The notes beneath the pieces were generated by a model. The model saw only the letters and a list, made by a program, of their open reading frames with translations. It was not told the DNA's origin and ran no database searches. From Octopus bimaculoides (Eukaryota): 60,629 nt of DNA. The DNA lies in assembly GCF_001194135.2 (NCBI RefSeq), contig NC_068986.1, positions 75,329,538 to 75,390,166 on the forward strand, written 5' to 3'. Position 1 is the stretch's first letter. Every line of letters starts with the position of its first letter. The position numbers and the translations under genes are program-made. Below are positions 35,288 to 49,698 of the stretch, one piece after another.

Positions 35288-35801
35288 ATATATACTATCC
35301 TTTCACAAGCTTAGCTTAGTATTAACGGTGATTTCGAAGTGTCGGCCTGCCAAGCCATCTTCGGACTGTATTACATTTGAGTCCATCATGGCTTTATATA
35401 ATCTTTGTAAAGTTAAAATTTTCAAGGATAAGGTGGGTTGTGTTAAATGATAATTAGGTTCTAGGGTAGGTTGTGATAGCAAGGTGTTATGAAAATTTTT
35501 TAAAAATAAAATTGGAGATGAACTGCTATCTAAAATTTAATCATTCATTTAGAACTTTGTAATCGGATATGTATATTTAGGTATGTCATCTTCAGGTCAT
35601 ATGGTTTCATAAAAGAATATAGTTGAGCAGTTGGTCAGCAGATGTGTCAATACTATTCTTATTAAAGTATAGTAAATTTGTTCTCTACCACATGTATTGA
35701 CTAATCCTTCAATTTTAGATACTAGTTTTTGTTATAACATAAAACAAGAATTAATATATGTGTGGATGTGTGTATGCGTGTGTGTTTAAATATATATATA
35801 C

Positions 35802-35869
<68 letters not shown>

Positions 35870-35974
35870 ATATATAGAATATATTTAGAAATATATTCTG
35901 CATATACAATATCTGTACATCACTTCAAAAGCTCTCTCTCTCTATATATATATACATATAAATATATATACGAC

Positions 35975-37304
35975 TAGCTTCTTTCAGTTTCCGTCAATGA
36001 AATCCACTCACAAGTCTTTGGTCGAACCCGGGCCTGTGGTAGAAGACACTTTCTCAAAGTGTTCTGCAAAGAGATTGAACACGAAAATGCATGTTTGCAA
36101 AGCGAGCTTCTTGCCATAACTTCTTTTTTCTTGCAGATCGATCGATCACGAGAAGATTTCTACCGTTGAACACAAGTTAAGCTCTCAAGAAACTAAGTTT
36201 CTCTCCATGTATCTATCCCCAATGATTATACTTATGTTAGTGGAAAAACATACTCTAATTCAACTGCACTTTTTGAGTTCAAATTCCATCATATCAACCT
36301 TCATTGCTGTTTGTTTCCGTTTCATTTTTTTTTTCGCTCCAAAGTCGATAAAATATTTATCTCTAAGATATTGAGGTCAACTATATCGATTATAAAACTT
36401 CCTCTCAAAAAACAAAAAGCAAAATACAAGATAGTGTGTAGAACATTATTTAAGTTTTGGTTATAGAAATCAATATTTCGATAAATAAACTGGTTGAAAA
36501 CCATCATGTTTCCTCGTCTGAACATGCTTATTACGTCCTTTAATGCAATAATGGTAGATACCTTTATTAGTGCCTTCTGAAAAATACTTAATGGTGTCAA
36601 ATAAGTTTAGAATGATTTTGTGAACCAAAATATTAAAATATTTTTTTCTGACCTCAGTTCCACTGGCTTCAGTTCCACTGTGTAGCACCTCTTCTACTGG
36701 CCGACCAAAGCCTTGTGAGTGGGTTTCGTAGACGGAACTGGAAGAAGCCAGACATATATAGGCGTGGCTGTGTGGTAAGACGGTTGCTTCCCAATCACAT
36801 GGTTACGGGTTCAGTCCATTGGGCAAGTTTCTTCTAGTATAGCCTCGAGCCCAATAAAGCCTTGTGATTGGATTTGATAGACGGAATCTCAAAAGAAGTC
36901 TGTCGTACATATGTTTATANNNNNNNNNNNNNNNNNNNNNNNNNNNNNNNNNNNNNNNNNNNNNNNNNNNNNNNNNNNNNNNNNNNNNNNNNNNNNNNNN
37001 NNNNNNNNNNNNNNNNNNNNNNNNNNNNNNNNNNNNNNNNNNNNNNNNNNNNNNNNNNNNNNNNNNNNNNNNNNNNNNNNNNNNNNNNNNNNNNNNNNNN
37101 NNNNNNNNNNNNNNNNNNNNNNNNNNNNNNNNNNNNNNNNNNNNNNNNNNNNNNNNNNNNNNNNNNNNNNNNNNNNNNNNNNNNNNNNNNNNNNNNNNNN
37201 NNNNNNNNNNNNNNNNNNNNNNNNNNNNNNNNNNNNNNNNNNNNNNNNNNNNNNNNNNNNNNNNNNNNNNNNNNNNNNNNNNNNNNNNNNNNNNNNNNNN
37301 NNNN

Positions 37305-37387
<83 letters not shown>

Positions 37388-37642
37388 TGAGCGAAACTGC
37401 GTAGACATTCCAGACTCCGACTGAAGAAGCAATTGGCTGTGAATGATCTGAGTACCATTGTGTCTGTGTTGTCCCCCTGCCCCCCGTCACACCTACCGCT
37501 TGACAATCGATACTGGCGTGTTTACGAGCCCATAACTTAGAGGTTCAGTAAAAGTAATCGTTAGAATATATATGTGTGTGTGTGTATCTGCATTTGTGTG
37601 TGTGTGTATCTGCATTTGTGTGTGTGTGTGTGTGTATCTGTA

Positions 37643-37691
<49 letters not shown>

Positions 37692-37915
37692 CTGTTTGTC
37701 CTTCACCACCACTTGACAACCGGTGCTGGTGTGTTTACGTCTCCATAACATTAGGGTTTTGGCAAAAGATACCAACAGAATAAGTACAGTACAAGGCTTA
37801 GGAAAGTATTAAGTACTGGGGTTGATTCATTCGACTAAAAATTCTTCAGGACGGTGCTCCAGCATGGCCGCAGTCTAACGATTGAAAGAAGTAAAAGATA
37901 AAAGATAAAAGATAC
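35975..37915. mobile_element. Cluster of SINE C fragments (35975-36115 -, 36690-36915 +, 37455-37915 +)
   Basis: Core and tail words of family C. Confidence 0.8.
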
Positions 37916-38123
37916 TATATTCTGTATTCCTACTCTGATAAGTACCTGTTCATTACTCCTCTATTTTTTTATCCTCACCAAGGCTACTAAATATTTTGAG
38001 GAAAAATCTTTATCTGGTTTCTCAACCTGCATGAAATTGTAACCAAATCACACACTACCCTCATAACGAAGGAAGAATTAATTGGATAATACAGTCCTCG
38101 ACACATTATCCGGATAGATAGAC

Positions 38124-38335
38124 ACGTGTACTCTTAACGTAGTTCTCAGGGAGATTCAACGTGACACAGAATGTGACAAGGTTGGTCCTTTAAAACACAG
38201 ATACTACACGCTTCTGCCAGCTGGGTAGACTGGAACAACGTAAGATAAAGTAATTTGCTCAAGAACACAACGTGCCGCCGGGATTCGAACTCAGAATTGT
38301 GAGCCGGATACCCTAACCACTAAGCCACGCGCCTA
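38124..38335 (-). mobile_element. SINE B variant, internally deleted
   Basis: acacgtgtactcttaacgtag and ccctaaccactaagccacgcgcct. Confidence 0.82.
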
Positions 38336-38633
38336 GACATCCATTTGATGCAGTCATCAACGTAACACAGGCTATACGCACGCGCGCACACATACACACA
38401 CATGCGTAAATTATACTGACGAGGTATAATAAGATCGAAACATATCCATTACTCTTACCAGTTCACTTTAAAAACCGGACCCCCCTCCATTGTCTATATG
38501 GTCAAAAAAAGGAAAAAGAACAGAAAAGGGACGCGAGAAAATTATTTGAATTACATATCTTACTCCTGTAATGTTGTTTTTAGATTTTAAACTCTAAATG
38601 AGAGAGTTTTATCAACTAATTGGTGGGATAGTG

Positions 38634-38958
38634 AAGGCTCCTAGCTTAGTGGTTAGGGTATTCGGCTCACGATCGTAAGGTCGTGAGTACAATTCCCGGC
38701 GACACGTTGTGTCCTTAAAACCAAAACACTTTATTTCACGTTGCTCCAGTCCACTCAGCTGGCAAAAATGAGTAGTACCTGTAATTCAAACGGCCAGCTT
38801 TGTCGCATTCTGTGTCACGCTGAACCTCCCAGGGAACTATATTAAGGGTACTCGTGTCTGTGGAGTACTCAGCCACTTGCACGTTAATTTCACGAGCAGG
38901 CTGTTCTGTTGATCGGAACAACTGGAACCCTCGTCGACGTAACCGACGAAGTGCCATA
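38634..38958 (+). mobile_element. SINE B variant
   Basis: tRNA-like head plus the family B 3' body ending gtaaccgacgaagtgcca. Confidence 0.9.
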
Positions 38959-39149
38959 CAGTTGGTTGGATAACCTCAGTTGAACGAAGTTTTCCAACTC
39001 GCTACATTGTATATGTGACACAATATCATATTTTATGAATGACCACAGTGTATGTCTGGTACTTTTTGTTTATTAACGATTCCCTGGAGGAGCGAAAGAC
39101 TGTTAATTCCTCCAAGATGTAAACTCGAAAACAAATGAGTGAACTAAAT

Positions 39150-39842
39150 ATTGGCTTCAAAAATTCTGGCACAAAGCCAACAATTACATCGACCCCAGGG
39201 TTCAGCTGATACTTATTTTAGCTGATACTATTTTAATATTTAATACTTATTTCAGCTGATACTATTTTAAAAAATGATGAAAGGTAAAGTAGAATTGGAA
39301 CTCAGAATGTGAAGATGGACGAAATTCCGCTAGGCATTTTGCCCGGCGCGCTAACGATTCTGCCAGCTCGCCACTTTAGTTTCGAATTTTGGCACAAGGC
39401 CAGAAGTTCCCTTGGGAGGAAGTAAGTTGATTGCATCGACCCCAGTGCCTATCTTGTTCCTATTTTATCGCCCCTGAAAGGATAAAAGGCATGGTTGACC
39501 TCGGCAGGTCAATTAATTTGAAGTTAGAGCGTAAATAGTCGGAAGAAATGCTGTAGAGAGAGCATTCTGTCCAACACACTGAGGATTTTGTCAGTTCACC
39601 AACTTCACGGACTTCATAATGTTGGCTTCAGATTTTGGCACAATGCCAGCAATTTCGGGGTGGGGAGGATTAAGTCGATTACATCGAACCCAGTGCTCAA
39701 CTGGTACTTATTTTATTGACTCTGTAAGAATGAAAGTCAAAGTCGATCTCGACGGAATTTGAGCTCAGAAAGTAAAGGCGGATGAAATGCCACTAAGCAC
39801 TTCGTTCGGCGTGCTAACGATTCTGCCGGCTCGCTGCCTTCC
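39150..39842 (-). mobile_element. Three tandem SINE A copies
   Basis: ggcacaa tail, core and head repeat at ~39150, 39380 and 39622. Confidence 0.85.
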
Positions 39843-40005
39843 GACTGCACTAAATACTGACGTTACATTTATATATCCCAAAGGATCGAGGAATGTATAC
39901 TGAGACAATTATGGCTGTCCTCATGATCAGCACAATGGTTATTATGAGGACAGGCACGAAGATGATAATGGTGACAATGATAATAACGATGACGACAATG
40001 ATGAC

Positions 40006-40055
<50 letters not shown>

Positions 40056-40751
40056 CGACGGCGGCGACGGTGGCACAGCATTCATTTTGAATTCATAACT
40101 TGCAGGAGGCAGTTTCCCTAGCTTGAACAAGAATAACATCAGCGCATGTGGAATCACAAGAGAATTACCTATAACCAATAATGGAGCCTTGTCGGTGTTC
40201 TCTCGATCTTCTGAGCTAAATTTCCTTTGAATCAAACTCTGCCGACCTTATGAAAGAAAAAGAAACGCAAAAACTTATTGGATAACTCTGTTGTGTCTGG
40301 GGAGAGTCATTTTCTTATTGTACCTTGAAATTTAACCCCATCACCGGTAAAATTTCCACTTATTTTTCTTTTTATTTTCCTAAAATTTTCGTTGCGTCTT
40401 GCAACCTTATCAACAGTCTCGACTGTCCGTTATTGGATAACGTAATCTCAGATACACTATGTCTGAATTAAAGACAAGATGGGCGTAGATAGCATATTTT
40501 TTTTTTCTAATATACTTCTGTTCAATAACAAATTCGAACTCAGTCTGTTAACTAGTCCCATGTTTTATTTACTCAACCTCTAAAGAATGAGGTCATATTT
40601 AATTAATTCATGTTTTCTCGTTTGAGTAGTTTTCAGCTTTTGCTCGGCGAAAACAGTAAATCACGGAAATGTTCGTCAATTTCCGATTAATTTGTGCCAC
40701 ATCAGCAGCAATCTTACAATATCTTACCTCTCTTCTTCACGTAACTGGGTC

Positions 40752-40783
<32 letters not shown>

Positions 40784-41429
40784 NNNNNNNNNNNNNNNNN
40801 NNNNNNNNNNNNNNNNNNNNNNNNNNNNNNNNNNNNNNNNNNNNNNNNNNNNNNNNNNNNNNNNNNNNNNNNNNNNNNNNNNNNNNNNNNNNNNNNNNNN
40901 ATATATACACACATGCACACAATACAACATGACGCTACGGAGGAAATGACAGACTCACCAGAACTTCATTTAAGAGACAGCTATCTTTATCCAGCTAGGC
41001 ATTGTGACTCCTTGTTGTTTAATTAACGAATAGCCGTAATAATTGTTTGACCGACATTCTAGCTATTTAACCTAAATTCTTCATCTGAAACCTATCACTG
41101 AAATTAGCCAGATATTTCTAATAGCAATCAGAAAAGTCTGATATGGTGAAATGTTTCTTTATTTAAACATGCGGATTTAGTTAGCAGATGGTTAATAGCG
41201 ACTTGTTCTAATGCTCTTAACACCTACTATTATCATCTTGCGTCTACCACCACCACCATCACCACCACTACTACGACTACTACCATCACCACCACCACCA
41301 CCACCACCACCATCTCTTCTACTACTATCACCGTAAACAGTCTTTACCTGGATGCCACAACTGCAACCACCACCAACCAATATCACCCTTACCACCACCA
41401 CCACCACCACTATTACTACTACCACCACC

Positions 41430-41479
<50 letters not shown>

Positions 41480-42099
41480 AACTATCACCCAAAAGCATCT
41501 TTACCTGGATGCCACAACTTCAACCACCGCCATCCACCAATATCACCCTTACCACCACCACCACCATCATCCAGCTTTCCACCCCCCCTCCATCTCCATC
41601 ACTACTACCATCAGCACGAGTATGCCACTGGCACCATCATCACCATCACTACTATCACTAAACACTACCTTAGTAAATATCAGCCATTGGTTCAATTTCC
41701 ATTCCTTCATGACCACCCCTACCAACAATGAAGCATCTCTGTAGTTTTCAGCTCAGCTAGAAATAACAGTCAATTCTTCCTCAAATTGTATTCTGTAATA
41801 CAAACTAGATTTTGTAAACTTGGAGGTGGGAGAGTCAAAGCTGGATCACATTCAGCTATAAACCTGTTTGAGCAGATGTGACCTTGGGCTAAACAATGAG
41901 AAAACACATTTTATCCTCACACACCAGAAACTAGTTTCAAATTATTAAACAAGATGGCGGCCATTCCTTTCTACCCTCCTCCTTTCTTTCTTCCCCTTTT
42001 CCTTCCCCCTCCCCTCTCCCCAAATTTCTGGCCTTGTGCCTATAGTAGAAAGGATTACTACTACTACTACTATTATTATTATGATTATTATTATTATTA

Positions 42100-42162
<63 letters not shown>

Positions 42163-42164
<2 letters not shown>

Positions 42165-42336
42165 GGTGAGCTGGTAGAATCGTTAGCATGCTTGGCAAAG
42201 TGCTTAGTGATATTTCATCTGTACTTACGGTCTGCGTTCAAATTTCACCAAGGTCGACTTTGCCTTTCATCTTTTCAAGGTCGACAACATAAATACCAGT
42301 TGTGCACTGGGATCAATGTAATCGACTAGCCCCCCC
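42163..42336 (+). mobile_element. SINE family A after (ATT)n
   Basis: Head and core match; runs into gap. Confidence 0.88.
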
Positions 42337-42454
42337 NNNNNNNNNNNNNNNNNNNNNNNNNNNNNNNNNNNNNNNNNNNNNNNNNNNNNNNNNNNNNNNN
42401 NNNNNNNNNNNNNNNNNNNNNNNNNNNNNNNNNNNNNNNNNNNNNNNNNNNNNN

Positions 42455-42506
<52 letters not shown>

Positions 42507-42730
42507 GAGTGAGAGAGCAGTGCATGTCATCAAAGTGACACTGGGGTAAAATATACGAAGCCCATTATGCCCATCATGACTACCCGTCTGATAAGGGTAC
42601 ACCAGGCACATGCATCACAACCATATGTACGCGACATGGTGATCTCATATCAAGATAAACAGCGCATGACCTTGCAGGTAGGGACCAGTTAGAATTTTCT
42701 TCAGGTCGAGTAGCCCATCCCGCTCAAAAG
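42455..42730 (-). mobile_element. Second copy of the (AAT)n-tailed ~220-bp repeat
   Basis: Reverse complement of 13012-13244. Confidence 0.85.
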
Positions 42731-42755
42731 TCAACTTTGCATTTCATCCTTTTCT

Positions 42756-42952
42756 GCACTAGGCACAAGGCCCGAAATTTTGGTGGAGGGTCCCAATCAA
42801 TTAGATCAACCAGTATGTAACTGGTACTTAATTTATCGACCCCGAAAAAATGTAAGGCAAAGTTGACCTCGACAGCATTTGAACTTAGAGCGTAAAGACA
42901 GGCGAAATACCACTAAGCATTTCGTCTGGCGTGCTAACGTTTCTGCCAGCTC
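42756..42952 (-). mobile_element. SINE family A
   Basis: Tail, core and head match. Confidence 0.88.
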
Positions 42953-43317
42953 ATACTTATGAGATGAATGAAATGAAGTACCAGACAATTACTGGACTTG
43001 ATGAAATCAACTAAGCCATTAAAATTGCTGACCTTGTGTCAAAATGTCAAAATTTTTTACAGCCACCAAAAATAGTATCCACAATCAATACCATTTCTAC
43101 AAGAAGCATCACAGGGTTAGTATCAAAGTTAATATGATTTTAACTATCACAACCACCGCAGAGTTACTATGACATTTAAACTAATTAATATTGCAACTAC
43201 AGTGGTACTACCACTGTTAATAACATTGCTATTACAACCATCACAATGTTACTAACATACACAAAGTTACTAATATAATTACTACAGTGTAGCTAAAATA
43301 GTTAATAGATTCATTAG

Positions 43318-43545
43318 CATGGCAGAATCATTAGCATGGCAGAATTGTTAGCATACCAGACAAAATGCTTCGCAGCATTTCATGTCTTTACATTCTGAGT
43401 TCAAATTCTACCAAAGTCAACTTTGCCTCTCAGCATTTCGGGCCCAATAAAATAAGTTCCAGTTAAACTCTAGATTTGATATAATCCACTTAAATCTTTC
43501 TTCCAAAATTGCAGGCCTTGTGCCAAAATGTGAGACCAAAATTAC
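43318..43545 (+). mobile_element. SINE family A, CpG-decayed
   Basis: Head, core and tail match with TpG/CpA substitutions. Confidence 0.85.
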
Positions 43546-43607
43546 TATCGTTACTGTTATAACTGTCACAGAGTTAATGCCAGTATTAATATCATTACTA
43601 TTACAAA

Positions 43608-43955
43608 TGAAGGTGCATAGTTCAATGGTTAGAGTGTTGGGCTCACAATCATGAAGTAGTGGGTTCGATTACCAGACCGGGCTGTGTGTTATGTTCTTGA
43701 GCAAGACACTTTATTTCACGTTGATCCAGTTCACTCAGCTGTAGAAATGAGTTGCAACACCACTGGTGCCAAGCTGTATCAGCCTTTGCTTTTCACTTGG
43801 ACAACATTGGTGGCATGGAGATGGGGAGGCTGGTATGCATGGGTGACTGCTGGTCTTCCATAAACAATCTTGCCGAGACTTGTGCCTTGGAAGGGAACTT
43901 TCTAGGTGCAATCTTATGGTCATTCATGACTGAGGTGGGGGGGTCTTTACCCTAT
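43608..43955 (+). mobile_element. B-related SINE with alternative tail, full length
   Basis: Head as at 17372, tail as at 19097. Confidence 0.88.
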
Positions 43956-43999
43956 TTACTATTACAAGTATCCTAGCATTTGGATGCCAGGTAACTGGT

Positions 44000-44580
44000 T
44001 CCCAAAGATGGTCTTCTTCAGTGGGATTGTAAATGGAAGTACATCTCACAGATGTCTAAAACTTTGTTTTCATAATCATTTCAAGTGGTCTCTCATTTTA
44101 TGCTGTGTCCCTCCCAACTGGTTTGAGGCCCTGGCTGTTAATTATAAGTCATGGAGGTCCATGTGGAATGCTGGCACAGAGCACTTTGAAACTGAATGTA
44201 GAACACTGCATGGAGAGAGGAGGAGACGTCATTATTACCCCACAGCAGCTCTTGTTTGGGGTCACTTTCAGTGCCCTCAATACCACAGTCCCAATCAGTT
44301 GGAGGCCCTGACTGTTAGTCCATGTGGAATACTGGAGTAGAGTGCTATGAAACCAAATGTAGAAGACTACAGAGAGAGAGGAGGAGATGTCATTACCCCA
44401 CAATAGCTGTTTTCCGGGGGTCACTTTCAGTGCTCTCAGTACTACAAATCTGCCTGTTTTGTATCGGTCTTGCCAATTATGTCCGCTCCCATGAGAAACA
44501 ATATGCCAGAGGCGGAAGAGAATGAATATCTTGGATTGACACTGTCATCACCTTTGATGAGCTGTCACAAGCAAGTAAGC
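44000..44580 (+). mobile_element. 3' end of an RTE/BovB-like LINE with internal tandem duplication
   Basis: PPNWFEALAVNYKSWRSMWNAGTEHFETECRTLHGERRRR and CIGLANYVRSHEK match the RTE C-terminus; ends with a small hairpin and aagcaagtaagc. Confidence 0.82.
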
Positions 44581-45211
44581 AATTACAAATATCAGAATAT
44601 GATTGCCAGAGTTAATATGATTATTATTGCAACAACACTGTTACTACCAAATTAATGCTATTTGTATTACAACTACCATAGTATTACTCTAACTGTTAAT
44701 AATTTTTAACCAAATAACAATCATATTGGTACTAACAATCACAAATAATGTTTATTACCTTAGTCAATACTGTAATGATACAACAACCACAGTTTCATTT
44801 CCAAAGTTAATCTCATTAGTATTACACCCACCACAGTGTTACTACCAAAATTTATTAATTATCAGTACTGTTGTAATCTTCATAGCATTGGTAGCACTTT
44901 TAATAATAGAATTAGTATTTCAATCATCACAGTGTCCTTACCACAATTAATACAGTTACTGTTGCACCCATCACAAACCCTGTTCTTATCACTGTTATAA
45001 GCATGAGTCACTATCAGCATCATCATCATCATTTTCATCGTTGTCATCATCATCATCATCATCGTTGTTGTCATCGTTGTACTCATCATCATCATCATCA
45101 TCATCATCATCAACTTCATCATCATCGTTATCATCATCATCATCATCATCATCGTCTTCATTGTCTTCTCATCATCATCATCATTATCTTCATCTTCATC
45201 ATCATCATCAC

Positions 45212-46348
45212 CATTTCAGATTTTGGCACAACGCCAGTAATTTCAGGAGAGAAGAGTAAGTTGATTACACCAACTCTGGTACCCAAGTGGTACTTTAAAT
45301 TTATCAGCCCTGAAAGGATGAAGGGCAAAGATGACCTCAGCAGAATTTGAACTCAGAACAACACACAGAAAGATGAAATGCCACTAAGCATTTTGCCTGA
45401 TGCTGTAATGATTCTGCCAGCTTCTGCCTTAGTTAATACCATTAATATTACAATCTTCATACCGCTTTGACCACAGTTAATATTTCTGATATTCTGATAA
45501 CATCATTGTTACAACAGTCACAGGGTAACTACCACATTTCATACTATTACTTTTACAACCATCACAGTGTAACTAGTATAGTTAATACCATTATTATTAT
45601 AACCACCATACTATTATTACCAAAGACAATAGCTTTACTTCCAGAGTCTACATGTTATTATTACCACAGATAATACTATTATAATAACCACCAAAACCAG
45701 TGCTAATAACATTACTATAACAAGGATCACAGCATTATTACTATGGCTATTATTATTATTATTGTTATTACATAAGGCAGTGAGCTGGCAGAATCATTAG
45801 CACGCTAGGCAAAATGCTTAACACCACTTCATTAACCTCTACATTCTGAGTTCAAATTCCACCAAGGTCGACTTTGCTTTTCATCCTTTTGGGGTCGATA
45901 AAATAAGTACCAGTTGAGCACTGGGATAAGGGATAATCATCTTATCCCTTATCCAGAAATTGCTAGCCTTGTGCCAAAATTTTGAAACCAATATCATTTC
46001 TATCACAACAGTAGTTATATTACTATCAGTATTATTACTATTACAACTACTACAGTTAAAGGCTATTAATATTAAAACAATTGTTAATAACCATGCTATT
46101 ACAACCATCAGAGTTATTACAACCACGTATAACTTTTTCTGCTATAGGCACAAGGCCTGAAATTTAGAGGGAAGGGGCAAGTTGATTACATCAACCCCAG
46201 TACTCAACTGGTACTTAATTTATCGACCCTGAAAAGATGAAAGGCAAAGATGACCTCGGCAGAATTTGAACTCAGAACGTAGCGACAGACGGAATACCGC
46301 TAAGCATTTTGCCCGGTGTGCTAACGATTCTGCTAGCTCAGCGCCTTT
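45212..46348. mobile_element. Three SINE A copies (45212-45432 -, 45774-45995 +, 46140-46348 -)
   Basis: Each has head, core and tail words. Confidence 0.88.
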
Positions 46349-46849
46349 ACAAACACATATAATACCTTAACTATTACAAATCCCTCAGGGTTATAACCAC
46401 AGTTCATATCATTAATATTAAAACAGTCACATGGTTAGTACTAATACCCTTTCTATTGCAAAAATTACAATGATACTATCATAAATAATACTATTAGTAA
46501 TACAAACATCATGAAGTTATTACAAGATTAATACAATTAATATCACAGTGTTATAACCATAGAACAGTTTTTCTGTAATAAACATCACATTGTTATTACC
46601 GCAGTTGATATCATTATTATAACTATCACAATGTTGCTACCATAGTGAATATGATTATTGCATCAAAAATAACCATGTTACTGTAGTTAATATCTTTATG
46701 TTACATAGTTAATATCCAGTAGTTAATTCTGCTGTAGCTAATATTTTTGCTATTAGATAACGAAGACAACTTAGATATATTTCAGCCAAATATTAGCCAG
46801 GGTCATGCCTAACTTAATAGCCACCACCTTATAGGAGTTGTTAAGTCAT

Positions 46850-47150
46850 TTTTAAAACAAGTTTTATGGTATCATGGCTCATTCAAGTAGGGTTTTGTTG
46901 TTGACTGAGATACATCCAGGTATAGAAGGCTTAGCCTTGGAAAAAATTTGTCCCAGTTTCATTTGAAGGAAATGAGATTTTTTTTTTTTTTTGATTTATT
47001 TCGGAATAATGTTAAATAGAGCAGAGCCTGTTGAGGAAAAAATTGTGTTGCAGTGAATTTATGTGTTGTAAACTTGAATCGTGTAGTTGGTATATGGCAT
47101 GTGGCCCCCCAGTCTTGGCTGAATTCTGGACTTGATGTTAAGGTGGTCTG
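46850..47150 (-). mobile_element. C-terminal fragment of a CR1/Jockey-group LINE ORF2
   Basis: Minus translation STGSALFNIIPK..ISFK*NWDKF..KPSIPGCISVNNKTLLE*A resembles GPxLFNxLP...FKxxLDKF...PG. Clade assignment is loose. Confidence 0.55.
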
Positions 47151-47177
47151 GACAATGCTAGTGGTATATTCTTTTCT

Positions 47178-47912
47178 ACTGTAGGCACAAGGCTCGAAAT
47201 TTTGGGGGAGGGGACCAGTCGATTTGATCGACCCCAGTATGCAACTGGTACTTAATTTATTGACACTGAAAGGATAAAAAGCAAAGTCTACCTCAGCAGA
47301 ATTTGAACTCAGAATATAAAGACAGACGAAATACCGCTAAGCATTTTGCCTGGCATGCTAATGTTTCTGCCAACTTACTGCCTTAATGCTTGTGGTATAT
47401 TACACCATCAAAAGGCTATTGCATGAGTTAGTATCTCTATTATTACAGAAAATACAAATAATGTTATAACAACCATTAATACCATTACTGTAAGAACTAT
47501 CAAAGAATTGATACTATAATTAATACTGTTGCTATTACGACCAGCAAAGTGTTACAGCCATGGTTAGTACTACTGTTATTAACAACCATTACAGAATAAC
47601 TACAGCTGTTAATAACATTACTATTACACATTTTTACACACATAATTAATACTATTATAATTACAAAAACCACAAACAATATCACTACCACAGATGTTAG
47701 ACAGTAAGCTGACAGAATTGTTAGCATGCTGGCCTAATTGCTTAGTGGCATTTTATCCATCTTTGTTCTGAGTTCAAATTCTGCCAAGGTTGTCTTTACC
47801 GTTCGTGTTTTCGGGGTTGATACAATAAGTACTTACTGAGCACTGGAGTTGATGTAATCAACTTAACCCTCCCTTAAAATTGCTGGCTTTGTGCCAAAAT
47901 TTGAAACCAGTA
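47178..47912. mobile_element. Two SINE A copies (47178-47385 -, 47706-47912 +)
   Basis: Head, core and tail words. Confidence 0.85.
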
Positions 47913-48084
47913 TTACTGCCGCAGATAATTCTACTATTATTACAAACTTCATAGTCCTCCTGTCATGGTTAACAACATTATTATTATTACCAGCAGAGTA
48001 TTTCTACCACAGTTAATAGCACAACTATTTATTGCATCTGTCAATGTTACTACAAGAAATGATCAAAAAGAGGTAAAAAAGAAA

Positions 48085-48332
48085 ACATCAAAGGTCCATT
48101 CTGATCCATAGGCTCATAAGGCTGGCTTCCAGGATTCTGTGGCATATATACTCCCACTGAACAGGATGCCAGTCTGTCTTAGGAATACTCATTTTTGCCA
48201 GCTGAGTGGACTGGAGCAACGTGAAATTAAGTGTTTTGTTCAAGAATACAACATGTTGCCCAGTGCAGGAATTGAAACAACAGTTTTATGATCATGAGTG
48301 CAACACGTTACCCACTAAGCCAAGCACCTCCA
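48085..48332 (-). mobile_element. B-related SINE, CpG-decayed
   Basis: ttttgccagctgagtggactggagcaacgtgaaat and ccactaagccaagcacctcc. Confidence 0.8.
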
Positions 48333-48440
48333 TACAAGAAATAATAGTACAGCTATTACACCATCCACAGTGTAACTACTACAGTGTTACTAACACCATA
48401 ACACTATTACAATTGTTATCCTTATGTTATTACTCCCACA

Positions 48441-49300
48441 CAGGGCCAGATTAAGGCCCATAGAGGCCCTAAGCACTTAAACGATTTTGATCCCTATAGT
48501 TATATAATTCAAAATATAATCAATAATAAACCGTAAAATATATTTTTATCTTTTAAAATGAAGCAAAACTAACAATAAGATGGAAAATAATGTTTATATT
48601 TCCTTTTTTATTTTTATTTTTTCCTTTTACTTGTTTCAGTCACTAGACTGCAGCCATGCTGGAGCATCACCTTCAACAATGTTTTAGTGAAATGAATGAA
48701 ACCCGGTACACATTTTTGTTGAGCCTGATACTTATTCCATTGATCTCTTTTGCCAAACCGTTAAGTTACATGGACATAAATACAGCAACACCGGTTGTCA
48801 AGCAGTGATGGGGGACAAACGTAGACATGAACACACACACACAAGAACATATGTATATATGTGTGTGTGTGTGTGTGTGTATGTATATACACATATATAC
48901 AACAGCCTTCTTTCATTTTCCATCTACCAAATCTACTTACAAGGCTTTAGTCAGTCTGAGGCTATAGTAGAAGATGCTTGCCTAAGGTTCCACATAGTGG
49001 AACTGAACAGAGAACCATATGGTTGGGAAGCAAGCTTCTTATTACATCCATCTATTTAAATTCGAAAAGTTTTCTCCTACATTTTTTAATTACAAAGTCT
49101 TTGATCAACTCCTCACTATAACACCACGAACACGAACACTTCAAAATTATATTTTCAATCATATAAACCACTTCGAACATTATATTTAACAAGTTTGAAG
49201 TGATTTTTGTTCTTTGAGCCATTTACCATTTCTGTGGTGCCCCACTTCCCTTAATGCCCTAAGCATGTTCTTATTTTGCATAATGGTTAATCCAGCACTA
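48441..49300. mobile_element. Non-autonomous hAT element with a nested SINE C (48625-49050, -)
   Basis: Imperfect TIRs cagggccagattaa / ttaatccagcacta; 8-bp TSD ctcccaca at 48433-48440 and 49301-49308. Confidence 0.85.
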
Positions 49301-49651
49301 CTCCCACAGTAATTACCATTATTATTACAACTAACACTGTTTAACTGACACCGTTTAACTATTGCTATTTGCAAACATCACAATGTTACTACCAGAAACA
49401 ACAACCCCAAATAGTGTCAGTATAATACTTAATAACATTACTGATACAACCATCACAGTGTTAATATCACAGTTAATACTATAAATATTACAAACACCTC
49501 TTTATTGCTACCACATTTAATAACTGTTATTATTATAATCAAATATAGTGATATTTCTTGACTTAATATCATTACTATTATATCCATCAAAGTTTTATCA
49601 CTACTGTAAATGTGTTATTCCCAGAGTTGATGTCCTTACTAAACTACCACA

Positions 49652-49656
<5 letters not shown>

Positions 49657-49698
<42 letters not shown>

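Noticed and set aside
35310-35700. Possible NUMT or Penelope remnant (minus strand ccgaagatggcttggcaggccgacac)
   Set aside because: No mitochondrial gene recognisable; both hammerhead core words are mutated and no convincing GIY-YIG frame was found.
41945-41965. caagatggcgg YY1-like word near the CpG-domain edge (similar at 8758)
   Set aside because: A single short motif is not enough to call a promoter.
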